Below, piece by piece: positions 45,830 through 55,480 of a DNA stretch of 64,000 nucleotides. Where the stretch lies: IMG/VR virus record IMGVR_UViG_3300009183_004565. One strand, 5' to 3'. Each line of letters begins with the position of its first letter. The first letter of the stretch is position 1. Under the pieces are notes generated by a model. The model made no database searches and was not told where the DNA came from. It was given only the letters and a program-made list of their open reading frames with translations. Position numbers and translations under genes: made by a program. The stretch is from a virus (lineage: Duplodnaviria > Caudoviricetes).

Positions 45830-46344
45830 AGTACGATAAGTTTGGTCAGGCATACACAATCACCAATCAACTTTGCGAAATATTGTACCAACAGCCCGAT
45901 GTTGACATTGGTAAATTTTTTGTAGAAGATTGGGATCAGTACAACAGCGCAGTTCGTGACACTTATGCTGATCTTCCATTGGTTGGAGAATATCACCCTT
46001 GCCCACCCAATTACGATGTTGATATGTTTCATCAAACTCAACAAAGTTTGTGGCACATGCCCGAAGAATATTTGAGTTTAGATATTGCACAATGGGTGTT
46101 GGGTCAATGTAAAACACAACAAGAATTACAACGTGTAGGCCAAGAATTACTATTGTACCAAGAAAGAAATTTATTTAACTTACTACGACAATTAAAATAC
46201 GTAGTGGATACATGGCGTACCAATAATATAGTTTGGGGAGTTGGTAGAGGTAGTAGTGTTGCTAGTTATGTGTTATACTTACTAGGTGTTCACAAAATTA
46301 ACAGCATATATTATGATTTAGATATTGAGGAATTTTTGCGGTAA
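45826..46344 (+). CDS. stand-alone fragment of DNA polymerase III alpha (DnaE-like)
   Basis: IVWGVGRGSSVASYVLYLLGVHKINSIYYDLDIEEFLR matches the DnaE GRGS segment; stops before the catalytic DxD. Confidence 0.78.
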   Translation: MKYDKFGQAYTITNQLCEILYQQPDVDIGKFFVEDWDQYNSAVRDTYADLPLVGEYHPCPPNYDVDMFHQTQQSLWHMPEEYLSLDIAQWVLGQCKTQQELQRVGQELLLYQERNLFNLLRQLKYVVDTWRTNNIVWGVGRGSSVASYVLYLLGVHKINSIYYDLDIEEFLR

Positions 46345-46366
46345 ATAGGAACATAGGAGGCTATAC

Positions 46367-46771
46367 ATGAAACGAGTTTATACTACAGCAAATGGCAAAA
46401 AGATTAATATTGATGCCATTATTGCTACTAACGAAGATACTATTGCAGTAGGTAATATGCGAGTAAACGCTAGAGGTGATCAATTAGGGCCTGGCGGTGT
46501 TGTGGAAATGTCAAAAAGTCAAGTAATGAGTGAGTATTACAAACTAAACACTCCAGTTGCTGTTGATACTCCACTTGAACCTCATAAAAAACCTGTTCGA
46601 AAAGAACTAACTGACGATTGGGTCGAGCCTGTTGCAGAAACTGCTACTCAGGAAATCGTCGAAGAAGAAGCACCACGATCAACCTTGCGTGGAAGTCTAG
46701 CAGCATCAGTGTCAACAAATCAATTACCAGTAGCGCCAACTGCTAAAAAAACTGGTCCATCAAGAATCTAA
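46367..46771 (+). CDS. hypothetical protein
   Basis: AGGAGG RBS; TAAATA upstream. Confidence 0.7.
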   Translation: MKRVYTTANGKKINIDAIIATNEDTIAVGNMRVNARGDQLGPGGVVEMSKSQVMSEYYKLNTPVAVDTPLEPHKKPVRKELTDDWVEPVAETATQEIVEEEAPRSTLRGSLAASVSTNQLPVAPTAKKTGPSRI

Positions 46772-46783
46772 AGAGAGGAATCA

Positions 46784-47206
46784 ATGGCAGTCTCAAATCC
46801 GTTTGATCAAAAACGTGGATATCAATTTGGAATAGAAATAGAAGGTGAAATCAAACCGTTGCATGACAGTGTTATTGTCACCGACATGGACTTCAATGAT
46901 CGTAAATTGGCCAGTGGAATACTTTTGCTCGGCGACGACGGAAAGACGGATGGTATCCGTCCCCGGTGGTCAAAAGTATATGCCATTGGTCCAGAACAAA
47001 AAGATGTTCAAGTAGGGCAATGGATACTAGTCGAACACGGACGATGGAGTCGTGGTCTCAAGATTGTCAAGGATGAAGAAGAGTTTGTTATACGTCGCGC
47101 AGATCCTGAAGCAATCATCTTTGTCTCTGATGATGAACCCGAAGATATAAACACCATTTCAACCGCAGTACATGCAGAACGCAAACGTAGAGAACAATAC
47201 GAATGA
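46784..47206 (+). CDS. groES: GroES-like co-chaperonin
   Basis: IKPLHDSVIV, ASGILL, VYAIGP, VQVGQWIL. Confidence 0.8.
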   Translation: MAVSNPFDQKRGYQFGIEIEGEIKPLHDSVIVTDMDFNDRKLASGILLLGDDGKTDGIRPRWSKVYAIGPEQKDVQVGQWILVEHGRWSRGLKIVKDEEEFVIRRADPEAIIFVSDDEPEDINTISTAVHAERKRREQYE

Positions 47207-48003
47207 TAACAACATTACCTTTTAGAACAGGTCACAAGTTGGACCTGGATGAGTACGGCTGGCCTGACCAGAGTTGCTACTGGTTTGAAATGGATCATCA
47301 ATATGAACAAGTGCCTGATTTTAAAACTATCTTTGATTACTATATTGTTAAAAATCATTGGAGCCAGTGGATCAAGCCCGGAATGACTTGTATTGATATT
47401 GGTGGGCATTCAGGAGATACTGCTATACCCATGATGACACAATGTCGATCAACTGTGTTGACTGTGGAACCCAATCCTGTTGTACTGCCTTACTTGAAAT
47501 TCAACTGTGGCGTTAACACACATCTAGGTCGATTTGTTGTTGCTACCGAAGCTGTTACAAATCAAAATGCCGATGGCCTCACATTCAAAGATCATCAAAA
47601 TGGTATGTGTAACGGTGGCCTAGTTGGCGAAACTTGGGATGCTGAAACCACTGCCAGGATGCAAGGTATGAGTGGCGAAAGTATCACAGTGACCGGTATG
47701 ACACTAGAAACAATGTTAACCAAATATCTAACTGCAGAAGAAATTGCAAAGATTGGATTTATTAAAACTGACACTGAAGGCCATGACATAGAAATCATTC
47801 GCAATATTCGTGATATTCTAGTAAAATATAAACCTGTGCTGTTCACTGAGTGGTTCGCTCAATATAGTGCAGCAGACACAGCAGAATTATTTAAAGTAAT
47901 AGACGAAGCAGGATACGCAGCATTCAACCCCGAAACAATGGAACCAGCAGACCCTAGTGTTCGCTGTGAAGATTTGGTTTGCTTACATCAAGATAATCTA
48001 TGA
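47203..48003 (+). CDS. FkbM-family methyltransferase
   Basis: IDIGGHSGD, VEPNP, FIKTDTEGHDIEII. Confidence 0.88.
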   Translation: MITTLPFRTGHKLDLDEYGWPDQSCYWFEMDHQYEQVPDFKTIFDYYIVKNHWSQWIKPGMTCIDIGGHSGDTAIPMMTQCRSTVLTVEPNPVVLPYLKFNCGVNTHLGRFVVATEAVTNQNADGLTFKDHQNGMCNGGLVGETWDAETTARMQGMSGESITVTGMTLETMLTKYLTAEEIAKIGFIKTDTEGHDIEIIRNIRDILVKYKPVLFTEWFAQYSAADTAELFKVIDEAGYAAFNPETMEPADPSVRCEDLVCLHQDNL

Positions 48004-48923
48004 AAGAACTTTGGACTGAGAAATATCGCCCATCAACAATAGATGGGTATGTATTCACTGACCCTGGCCAACGTGAACAAATTGAATACTTTATCAAGGA
48101 AAAAAGTGTTCCGCATTTACTGTTCACTGGTCCAGCTGGTACTGGTAAAACAACATTGGCTAAAATTCTAGTTAACAGTTTGGACATTGATCCGTATGAC
48201 TTCCTACAAGTCAATGCCAGCCGCGACAATGGTGTAGAATTTCTTAAAAGCAAAATTGAAGGCTTTGTTAGCACAATGCCATTTGGTGATTTAAAAATTG
48301 TACTATTAGACGAAGCAGATTATCTGTCACACAATGCACAGGCTATTTTGCGTGGCTTAATGGAGACATATCAAAGCCAGGCTAGGTTTATCTTAACTGC
48401 AAATCTAGCACACAAGATTATTAATCCACTAAAGAGTCGATGCACACAAATTGTAATTGATAAAACAGATCAAACAGAGTTTACTGCTCGTGCTGCCACG
48501 GTGTTGGTCACTGAAGGTGTAGAATTTGATCTTGACACCATTGATAGTTATGTTAAAGCCACGTATCCGGATCTACGTAGTTGTTTAAAACTTTTACAAA
48601 GTAATAGTGTAAGTGGTGCGTTAACTATTTCTAAAAGTGCCGGCGATGCTAGTACTATGGACTATAAACTAGGAGTTGTGGAACTATTTAAGAAAGGTGA
48701 CTTAAGAGGGGCACGAACACTACTATGTACTCATGCCACTGCCGATGACATGGAAGAGATCTTTACTTGGATGTATCAGAATTTGGATTTGTGGTCGCCT
48801 ACACCAGAAGGGCAAGATGAGGCAATTAAAATTATACGCAAAGGTGCAGCTACGCATTCGTTAGTAGCAGACTTTGAAATCAATCTTTCGGCAACCTTAG
48901 TAGAACTTAGTCAAATATCATGA
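48000..48923 (+). CDS. sliding-clamp loader subunit (RFC/T4 gp44-like AAA+)
   Basis: LWTEKYRP, GPAGTGKT, NAS, DEAD, SRC. Confidence 0.93.
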   Translation: MKELWTEKYRPSTIDGYVFTDPGQREQIEYFIKEKSVPHLLFTGPAGTGKTTLAKILVNSLDIDPYDFLQVNASRDNGVEFLKSKIEGFVSTMPFGDLKIVLLDEADYLSHNAQAILRGLMETYQSQARFILTANLAHKIINPLKSRCTQIVIDKTDQTEFTARAATVLVTEGVEFDLDTIDSYVKATYPDLRSCLKLLQSNSVSGALTISKSAGDASTMDYKLGVVELFKKGDLRGARTLLCTHATADDMEEIFTWMYQNLDLWSPTPEGQDEAIKIIRKGAATHSLVADFEINLSATLVELSQIS

Positions 48924-49288
48924 AAACTAAATCAATTTATCTTGTAGCACATTACGTAACTAGACCAAAGAATCCCAAGATGACACATATCGCAGGTTAC
49001 ATGAAAGATCCTGCTAATCATCAATACGACGAACAGGTTCAAGTCAGCACAAGGCTGCGTTCAAAAGATATCACTGGTGCTAAGATCATCATGAATCTCA
49101 GTGAGAAGCAGGTACAAACAAATGTGTTTAACGGTAATAAAAACTTTGACGAATTGTTTAAGTATTTCTTTAAAGGCTATCACAAGTATATCACCGACGT
49201 AATGGTTCAACTTGATGCAGAATATTTCAACAAAATGCTCGATGAAATGCAAGCAGAGGAGAAGAATGAAGAAACTCAAACACAGTGA
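48920..49288 (+). CDS. hypothetical protein
   Basis: ATGA coupling. Confidence 0.65.
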   Translation: MKTKSIYLVAHYVTRPKNPKMTHIAGYMKDPANHQYDEQVQVSTRLRSKDITGAKIIMNLSEKQVQTNVFNGNKNFDELFKYFFKGYHKYITDVMVQLDAEYFNKMLDEMQAEEKNEETQTQ

Positions 49289-49589
49289 ATCCGGCGACCG
49301 AGGATGGTTCGTAGGTAACTTTCCTGAGGCTGTTATACAATCAGAACATTTTGAAGCCTGTTGGCAATCTAATCCAGCTGGTAAAAAAGATGTTCCGCAC
49401 TACCATTTAAAAGCCACAGAACTACAGTTAATTACTCGAGGTCGTATGATAATTAACAATGTTGAGTTTGGTGTAGGTGATATTTGCGTACTAGAACCTG
49501 GGGAAGCATATTACGCCGAATACGTCGAAGACACCGAAGTTTTCGCCATTAAAACTCCCAGTGTACCCGACGATAAATACTATATATGA
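49266..49589 (+). CDS. cupin-fold protein
   Basis: RGWFVGNF, HYHLKATE..LITRGRM. Confidence 0.65.
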   Translation: MKKLKHSESGDRGWFVGNFPEAVIQSEHFEACWQSNPAGKKDVPHYHLKATELQLITRGRMIINNVEFGVGDICVLEPGEAYYAEYVEDTEVFAIKTPSVPDDKYYI

Positions 49590-49822
49590 ACCCAAAATTG
49601 TTTAAGGCCATGCGGTCTAAGAAGAAACGTGCTGTCGATCCTGACGCACCGCCGCGCCCCAATCTAATGACACATCAAGTAAAATTGCGTGATCAAGACG
49701 CTGTTATCAATATGTTGTCCGGTGATGTACATAGGTTAAAAGATACTATACAGCGTCTTGAGAATAAATTAAACAATCAAACCAATTATCTACAAGCATT
49801 ACATTCAAAACTTAAAAAATAA
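49586..49822 (+). CDS. basic coiled-coil protein
   Basis: ATGA coupling. Confidence 0.6.
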   Translation: MNPKLFKAMRSKKKRAVDPDAPPRPNLMTHQVKLRDQDAVINMLSGDVHRLKDTIQRLENKLNNQTNYLQALHSKLKK

Positions 49823-50326
49823 ATGCCAACACTTTACTTAGATATGGACGGAGTTGTAGCTGACTTCGACGAATACGCTGCTCGCACCTTGGGTGTTCCA
49901 CCTAGTCAAGGAATCTATCCCGACGAAACATGGTATAAACTGGCAACTAATGCTAGACTATATCGTGACCTGATTCCAACACCTTATGCCAGTCAATTGG
50001 TTTATCAGTGTGAACAGTTTTGTAGTAAAAAACAATACGACCTTAAATTTCTAACTGCAGTGCCAAAAGGTAACGATGTACCTTGGGCATTCTATGATAA
50101 AGTGTATTGGGCTCGTAATTACTTTGCAACTATACCTGTCATGTTTGGTCCTTTTAGCAAAGACAAACATGTACATTGTCAGCCTGGTGATATATTAATT
50201 GACGATCGGCGAAGCAATATCGAAGAATGGCGTAACTCTGGTGGTATAGGTATATTGCATAAAGATTATACAGATACCATTAATCAACTTAATGTTCTCT
50301 TCCCGCAAGTTTCGTTGCAATTATAA
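49823..50326 (+). CDS. HAD-family 5'(3')-deoxyribonucleotidase-like protein
   Basis: YLDMDGVVADF, LTA, ILIDDR. Confidence 0.85.
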   Translation: MPTLYLDMDGVVADFDEYAARTLGVPPSQGIYPDETWYKLATNARLYRDLIPTPYASQLVYQCEQFCSKKQYDLKFLTAVPKGNDVPWAFYDKVYWARNYFATIPVMFGPFSKDKHVHCQPGDILIDDRRSNIEEWRNSGGIGILHKDYTDTINQLNVLFPQVSLQL

Positions 50327-51285
50327 ATTTTTCCTTCTAGAACAGTCTTACTCCAAGTACTTTCAATTTGATTGAACCATGCAATTGCGTGTTCTATTCC
50401 GTAATCAAAACTATTGTTTTCTTTGACTAACGGACGTAATTGATACATACTAGGGTTTCCTTTTTTACTCAATGGGTAGAACCCTAGCCAACAACAAGGA
50501 TAAACTTCACCATTTGCTGCTATATAAATTTCACGATTTTTATTCGAATAACAGTCTATTTCTCTTTCTTGTACTTTGATCTTTTTTAGAATACTGCCCG
50601 GATCACTAATAGAGTGCTGATACTGATTGTATAATGTTTCATAGTCGGTGGGCCCTTGGTAATTGCCTATTACGTGACTAAGTTGTTTATCTCTAGTAAA
50701 GACTACAGTTTTATCTCTACCTGCATCAACTAGTTCAAATCTCTTAAATCCCATTGCTTTAGATAATATTTCGGCTTGAGATATCTGATGCTTGTTATGA
50801 TCAAATTTAATCATTGCCCATACAGCACGGCCTCCTGCTTGTATAAACTTTAATGCATTCTCCAATATTAATTCAAAGTTTGTATATTGTCTGTATAGAT
50901 GATGAGTATCTGCCAATCCATCAATTCTAAACTGAACTTCTACTCCAAGCTCACCCAATCTACGCCATATATGTGGGCGCCCACTAGCATTGGTACTAAT
51001 ACTAATTTTTAATTGTGGATTTACAGCAACAAAGTATTCAATAATTGACAAACCATCCCGGGCCGTGATGAAATCACCATAGTTGCCGTTAATTAATATT
51101 TGATCAAGTTGTTGTAAAAAAGGAACAGTAAAGATTTTTTGAGCTTGCTCTAAGCTCATATCACAAACAGGATAGGTGTCTACGATATCTACACCACGAA
51201 AATTTCTTGGACATTCAGGACACGCCGCATTGCACCTAGTTGATATTTCTAAATGAACACGGCGGATCTCAGAATAACTTAGCAT
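50284..51285 (-). CDS. radical SAM protein with SPASM/twitch-like C-terminus
   Basis: CNAACPEC, GNYGD, GEVYPCCW. Confidence 0.9.
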   Translation of the reverse strand: MLSYSEIRRVHLEISTRCNAACPECPRNFRGVDIVDTYPVCDMSLEQAQKIFTVPFLQQLDQILINGNYGDFITARDGLSIIEYFVAVNPQLKISISTNASGRPHIWRRLGELGVEVQFRIDGLADTHHLYRQYTNFELILENALKFIQAGGRAVWAMIKFDHNKHQISQAEILSKAMGFKRFELVDAGRDKTVVFTRDKQLSHVIGNYQGPTDYETLYNQYQHSISDPGSILKKIKVQEREIDCYSNKNREIYIAANGEVYPCCWLGFYPLSKKGNPSMYQLRPLVKENNSFDYGIEHAIAWFNQIESTWSKTVLEGKIYNCNETCGKRTLS

Positions 51286-51302
51286 TCAGTATTTACAATG
51301 AT

Positions 51303-52025
51303 TTAATCCTCCCCGTACAATTTAAGAACTTCTGCCACAGCCGGATGTCTACGAACATCCTTGACGGCAAATTCCACACCAGCAATGTATTGGCTGTCTT
51401 CAAAGTCGGCCATGAGCCGCTGAAAGTCTAGCAATCCGTTGTCCTTGGCCTTACGGTCGGCCTGCTGTGTGTCGCCTGTTACAACCATCTTGGAATTTTC
51501 TCCTAGTCTAGTGAGCAGCATTTTCATCTGAGAAGGCGTGGCGTTCTGCATTTCGTCAGCAACGATCCACGAGTTTTTAAATGTCCGCCCCCGCATGTAT
51601 GCTAGTGGAGCAATCTCTATATATTTTTCGTCTAGCAAACGAGCTACTTCCTGTGGTTTGTAATACTCCTCTATTATATCAAAGATAGGGCGTGTCCATG
51701 GCTCCATCTTTTGATTCAATGTACCCGGCAAAAATCCATGTTGCTCGTCATCAACGCCCACTGCAGGCCTAGTAATAACAATTCGAGAGCACTCTCCTGC
51801 TCTAAATGCTTTTAGTGCGGCCAACACAGCCAGCATAGTTTTACCTGTGCCTGCCGGGCCAGTAGCGAAAACTATTAAGCGTTGGGGATCTTCTAGTAAA
51901 TCTATGTATGTTTCTTGGTTACGACTTTTTGGCGTTAGTGCAATTGTTTTTCTTTGTTTTTGATATGGTTCAATGTTGCTTACTACAGATAATTGTGTTA
52001 CTTCGCTTCTACGGCGTTTGCTCAA
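51303..52025 (-). CDS. phoH: PhoH-family ATPase
   Basis: GPAGTGKT, GFLPG, YMRGRT, DEMQN, GDTQQAD; TTG start at 52025 after GGAGG preferred over GTG 52097. Confidence 0.95.
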   Translation of the reverse strand: MSKRRRSEVTQLSVVSNIEPYQKQRKTIALTPKSRNQETYIDLLEDPQRLIVFATGPAGTGKTMLAVLAALKAFRAGECSRIVITRPAVGVDDEQHGFLPGTLNQKMEPWTRPIFDIIEEYYKPQEVARLLDEKYIEIAPLAYMRGRTFKNSWIVADEMQNATPSQMKMLLTRLGENSKMVVTGDTQQADRKAKDNGLLDFQRLMADFEDSQYIAGVEFAVKDVRRHPAVAEVLKLYGED

Positions 52026-52153
52026 GACTGCCTCCTTTGTATGTGGTGGTTCTGTTGACATTTGCCAGTTAGTGGGCTTGTCAATAAGTCCACGCAAATA
52101 TTTAAGGATTAGAATTGTTCATTTAATGACTATAGAAATTTAAATATATTGGA

Positions 52154-52678
52154 CTAAGTATTAGACCGTGTCCACTCACAATAAAGTCTATTGTTTAGAT
52201 CTTGTTTGATATCCGCTGCTTCAAATCCAAACTGTTCGGCATATTCTTTTAATAGTTTTGGTGACCATGGAAAAAAATCTATTTCTTTACACTCTTTGTT
52301 TCCGTGGTCCTGTAACCCAGGATTAACTCTCCAATAGATTCTAGCGGCAGGATTAAGTAAATTAACTATACACTTAATTTGTTTCTTAATTGTTTCTTCT
52401 GGGCCAAAGTTTATACTACCTAAACAAAATGCAACGTCGAATCGTTGTTCTGTTTTGAAATCTTCAATTGTGGTTTGATGATCAGCTTGCTCAAATGCAG
52501 GATCTATTCCCACTAGGTTAGCAATTAACGTTTTAAATGGATTTATCCCGCATCCAACATCTAATACCCATTCATCCGGGTTAATTTTTTTAGCGAGACT
52601 TAATCCAGAATATTGATAAAGATTAAGATGCCCACGCCAGTGCTGGCTGAAATAATTATTGAGTAGTTGTTGATTCAT
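52154..52678 (-). CDS. class I SAM-dependent methyltransferase
   Basis: VLDVGCG, FDVAFCLGSINF; ATG 52678 preferred. Confidence 0.78.
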   Translation of the reverse strand: MNQQLLNNYFSQHWRGHLNLYQYSGLSLAKKINPDEWVLDVGCGINPFKTLIANLVGIDPAFEQADHQTTIEDFKTEQRFDVAFCLGSINFGPEETIKKQIKCIVNLLNPAARIYWRVNPGLQDHGNKECKEIDFFPWSPKLLKEYAEQFGFEAADIKQDLNNRLYCEWTRSNT

Positions 52679-52691
52679 ATAATTACTTATT

Positions 52692-53276
52692 ATGCTACCT
52701 GACAGAATATTTTTTACTGGCGTTCCCGGCTCGCGTTGGAGCGGCATTGCCCAAACGTTGGAATCCATTCCGGGATTCAATACTAGCGATCGCACACCCG
52801 AACGCACATATGAGCATCATGCCTATACAGGGCATGTGGGTGCTTACTTTGGATGGAAGATGGAATTTGATCCTGTGATCAGCTGGGTGGGGCAAGAACA
52901 TATTGATCAAGCGTGGACCGAGCCAGGTGGATGTCGCTTGGTCAAGAGCCATCAATGGCCCGATAAGTTTGCTGAAATAGAACGTCATTATCCTGATGAT
53001 TGGATCATGCTGGTATATCGCCCGGACATGGCCAGCTTTGCTTGGTGGCACGAAGCAGGTGGATTTCAGATTAAGTACCCTAGTTATAAATGGTACCAAG
53101 ACGAAGCAGATATGTTACACGAGATATCAAGGAACAATAAATTAATGCTACAGTATGCCTGTGAAAAACGTGCCACGTGGAATTACTTTACCGCAGACTG
53201 GATTAAAGAAAACTTTGATGCTGATGTAGCAGTTCCAGTTATTCATCCAGATATATTAGTAACTGTAATAAAATGA
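52692..53276 (+). CDS. P-loop/sulfotransferase-like protein
   Basis: FFTGVPGSRWS, LVKSH, IMLVYRP. Confidence 0.5.
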   Translation: MLPDRIFFTGVPGSRWSGIAQTLESIPGFNTSDRTPERTYEHHAYTGHVGAYFGWKMEFDPVISWVGQEHIDQAWTEPGGCRLVKSHQWPDKFAEIERHYPDDWIMLVYRPDMASFAWWHEAGGFQIKYPSYKWYQDEADMLHEISRNNKLMLQYACEKRATWNYFTADWIKENFDADVAVPVIHPDILVTVIK

Positions 53277-53503
53277 AAGATCACGTTTGGTATATTAAAT
53301 ACAGTAGTGCCTGTACGATTTTAGTAGCAATGGTGTTTCATGTACTAGGTATAACTCCCTGGAATAGTTTCTTACAAATGATTGGAGCCGCAGGCTGGAT
53401 CTATGTTGGCTATCGCTGGAACGAACGTGCGCTGATGCTCAATTTTATCCCACAGTTTTTTATAATCATCCCTGGATTAATTTATATGTATTTTTTCAAA
53501 TAA
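53273..53503 (+). CDS. small membrane protein
   Basis: Three hydrophobic segments. Confidence 0.65.
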   Translation: MKDHVWYIKYSSACTILVAMVFHVLGITPWNSFLQMIGAAGWIYVGYRWNERALMLNFIPQFFIIIPGLIYMYFFK

Positions 53504-53512
53504 GGATAGCAC

Positions 53513-54193
53513 ATGTCAAACAAGCATTTATTAATTGTTACCGGACCGCAAGGATCAGGTAATCATCTTTTTAGTAGAATTCTAAGTCAACACCCAGATG
53601 TTGAGGGATGGGAAGATCTTAAAAAAGAATATTGGGTTCCTAGTGATATAGAACCATTTGCTGAATACTGGCGATTTCCTGAACGATTAACTATAGATAA
53701 ATTTGCAAATAGTCAGTATTTTTTAGCCAATGTATCTTGTCCAGTTTATATGGACGGAACTCGTATTATTCCTAAAATTCGTGAAGTCGCTGATCGTGCG
53801 CGAAAGCTGGGTGTGCAAGTAACTATCGCTATAATTGTACGTGATAAGAATATCAACACAGTGCAGCAGCAAAGATTAATGAACGGATTTAGTTCCTTGG
53901 CAACGGCACAAGAATACTACTATGATAACATTTTAACTAGTGAGCATGAAGTACATTTTGTAGATCATGAAGCATTTTTCTTGCACGGAAAGCACTATCT
54001 TAAATGGTTGTCTAAAATTATGAATTTTCCTATTGCATGGAATAGCGACTCCGTTTATGACTTTATAGAAAAAGACGCTAACCATAAATACATTACACCA
54101 ATTGAAACACATTGGTTAGATGAGCACATTCGAGCAGGTCGCAGACCCTACAAAGATCGAAATATAGACGATCCAGCCAACAAAATAGCATAA
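53513..54193 (+). CDS. P-loop/sulfotransferase-like protein
   Basis: IVTGPQGSGNHLFSRIL, IIVRD. Confidence 0.55.
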   Translation: MSNKHLLIVTGPQGSGNHLFSRILSQHPDVEGWEDLKKEYWVPSDIEPFAEYWRFPERLTIDKFANSQYFLANVSCPVYMDGTRIIPKIREVADRARKLGVQVTIAIIVRDKNINTVQQQRLMNGFSSLATAQEYYYDNILTSEHEVHFVDHEAFFLHGKHYLKWLSKIMNFPIAWNSDSVYDFIEKDANHKYITPIETHWLDEHIRAGRRPYKDRNIDDPANKIA

Positions 54194-54220
54194 ATATAAT
54201 AATATACAAGGAGTTCCATA

Positions 54221-54916
54221 ATGGACGCAAAACAATTTGTAAACAAAATCGTTGATGAAAATCAAGCCCTTTTCCGCGCCAGCCAACATAATGTAAAGGC
54301 TTACTTCGATAGCAAGCCAGCTAAAGAAGAGTTAGTAGAACATTTTATTGGTCGTATGATCAACGAGCGTATGAACATGGTTGAAATTGCCCAACAAGTA
54401 GCTAACATGCCTGCAGATGCTGACCCAGTTGAATTACAACTGTTGACTCAACAGGCACACGACGAAGCTGTACACTTTCGATTAGTTAAAGAAGTTATTG
54501 AACACATCCAAGGCTCGCCAGTGGATGTACAAGCTGCTATTGCTGCCGAAGCTGCAAAACCCACAGCAAAAGGTGCCAGCCTACTACAAAAATATGATGC
54601 ACAAGATGATGCTGCTGCGCTAGCTGCTTATCAATTGGTTGCCGAAGGTCGTGCAGAAGCTGTGTGGAATCAAATGGCTGAATGCATTGAAGATGAGTTT
54701 ATTAGTAATGCTTACGCTAAAATTGCCAAGGATGAAGGTTTCCACAGCAAAATTGGTGCTAGAGCTTTAGAAAAGCTAGTTACCACTGAAGCAGAACAAG
54801 TACGAATCGAAGCACTGGTTGCTCAGATGCGTAAAGACTTGTATGATATCAGTTGCCGGAATACCACTGCTGCTGCGGATGGTAAGCGACTAGTAGCCGA
54901 CGCTTACGGCTGGTAA
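54221..54916 (+). CDS. ferritin-like diiron protein
   Basis: NERMN..E, DEAVH, EGRA, DEGFH (two ExxH). Confidence 0.78.
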   Translation: MDAKQFVNKIVDENQALFRASQHNVKAYFDSKPAKEELVEHFIGRMINERMNMVEIAQQVANMPADADPVELQLLTQQAHDEAVHFRLVKEVIEHIQGSPVDVQAAIAAEAAKPTAKGASLLQKYDAQDDAAALAAYQLVAEGRAEAVWNQMAECIEDEFISNAYAKIAKDEGFHSKIGARALEKLVTTEAEQVRIEALVAQMRKDLYDISCRNTTAAADGKRLVADAYGW

Positions 54917-55464
54917 TGAATATAGGACTCAGTCAACGAGTCCTGTTACACAAAAATAGAGCGTATGACGCCTTAGAGCATGGATGGTATTCATACTTAA
55001 AAGCGCATACGCTCTTTCCTATTGCAAACAGGCCTGGTCAAGATTTTAACAGTTTAGCTAACGAGCTAGATTGTTTTGTTATCACCGGCGGGGATGACAG
55101 CACAGTCAGACGGTTAACCGAAGTAAGATTGGCCACACACATGATTGCCAGACAAAAGCCCGTGATTGGTATTTGTCATGGAGCATTTTTGATTACAGAA
55201 ATGCTTGGTGGAGAAATAGCAGAAATTGGCAATCACGTAGATTGCGAACATCAGGTCAACTACTTTGGTGAACTGATTACTGTAAACAGCTATCACTCAT
55301 TGGCAATTAAAACCCCACAGAAATCAGCTACTATTTTAGCCTACGACGAGCACGGCAACTGCGAAGCCTGGATTGACGGGAATACTGCTGGTATAGTGTG
55401 GCATCCTGAGCGAATGAATGTGCCCTGGATTCCGGAAGAGATCGAGCAATTATTAGGTAAATAA
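54916..55464 (+). CDS. class I glutamine amidotransferase (peptidase C26-like)
   Basis: ITGGDD, GICHG, VNSYH, WHPE. Confidence 0.88.
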   Translation: MNIGLSQRVLLHKNRAYDALEHGWYSYLKAHTLFPIANRPGQDFNSLANELDCFVITGGDDSTVRRLTEVRLATHMIARQKPVIGICHGAFLITEMLGGEIAEIGNHVDCEHQVNYFGELITVNSYHSLAIKTPQKSATILAYDEHGNCEAWIDGNTAGIVWHPERMNVPWIPEEIEQLLGK

Positions 55465-55480
55465 TACAACAGGATCAATC

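Noticed and set aside
52097-52135. Pho box upstream of phoH
   Set aside because: The minus strand shows TAGTCAT-TAAA-TGAACAA before TAAATA, but the second heptamer is poor and the spacing is 1 nt off the three good sites.
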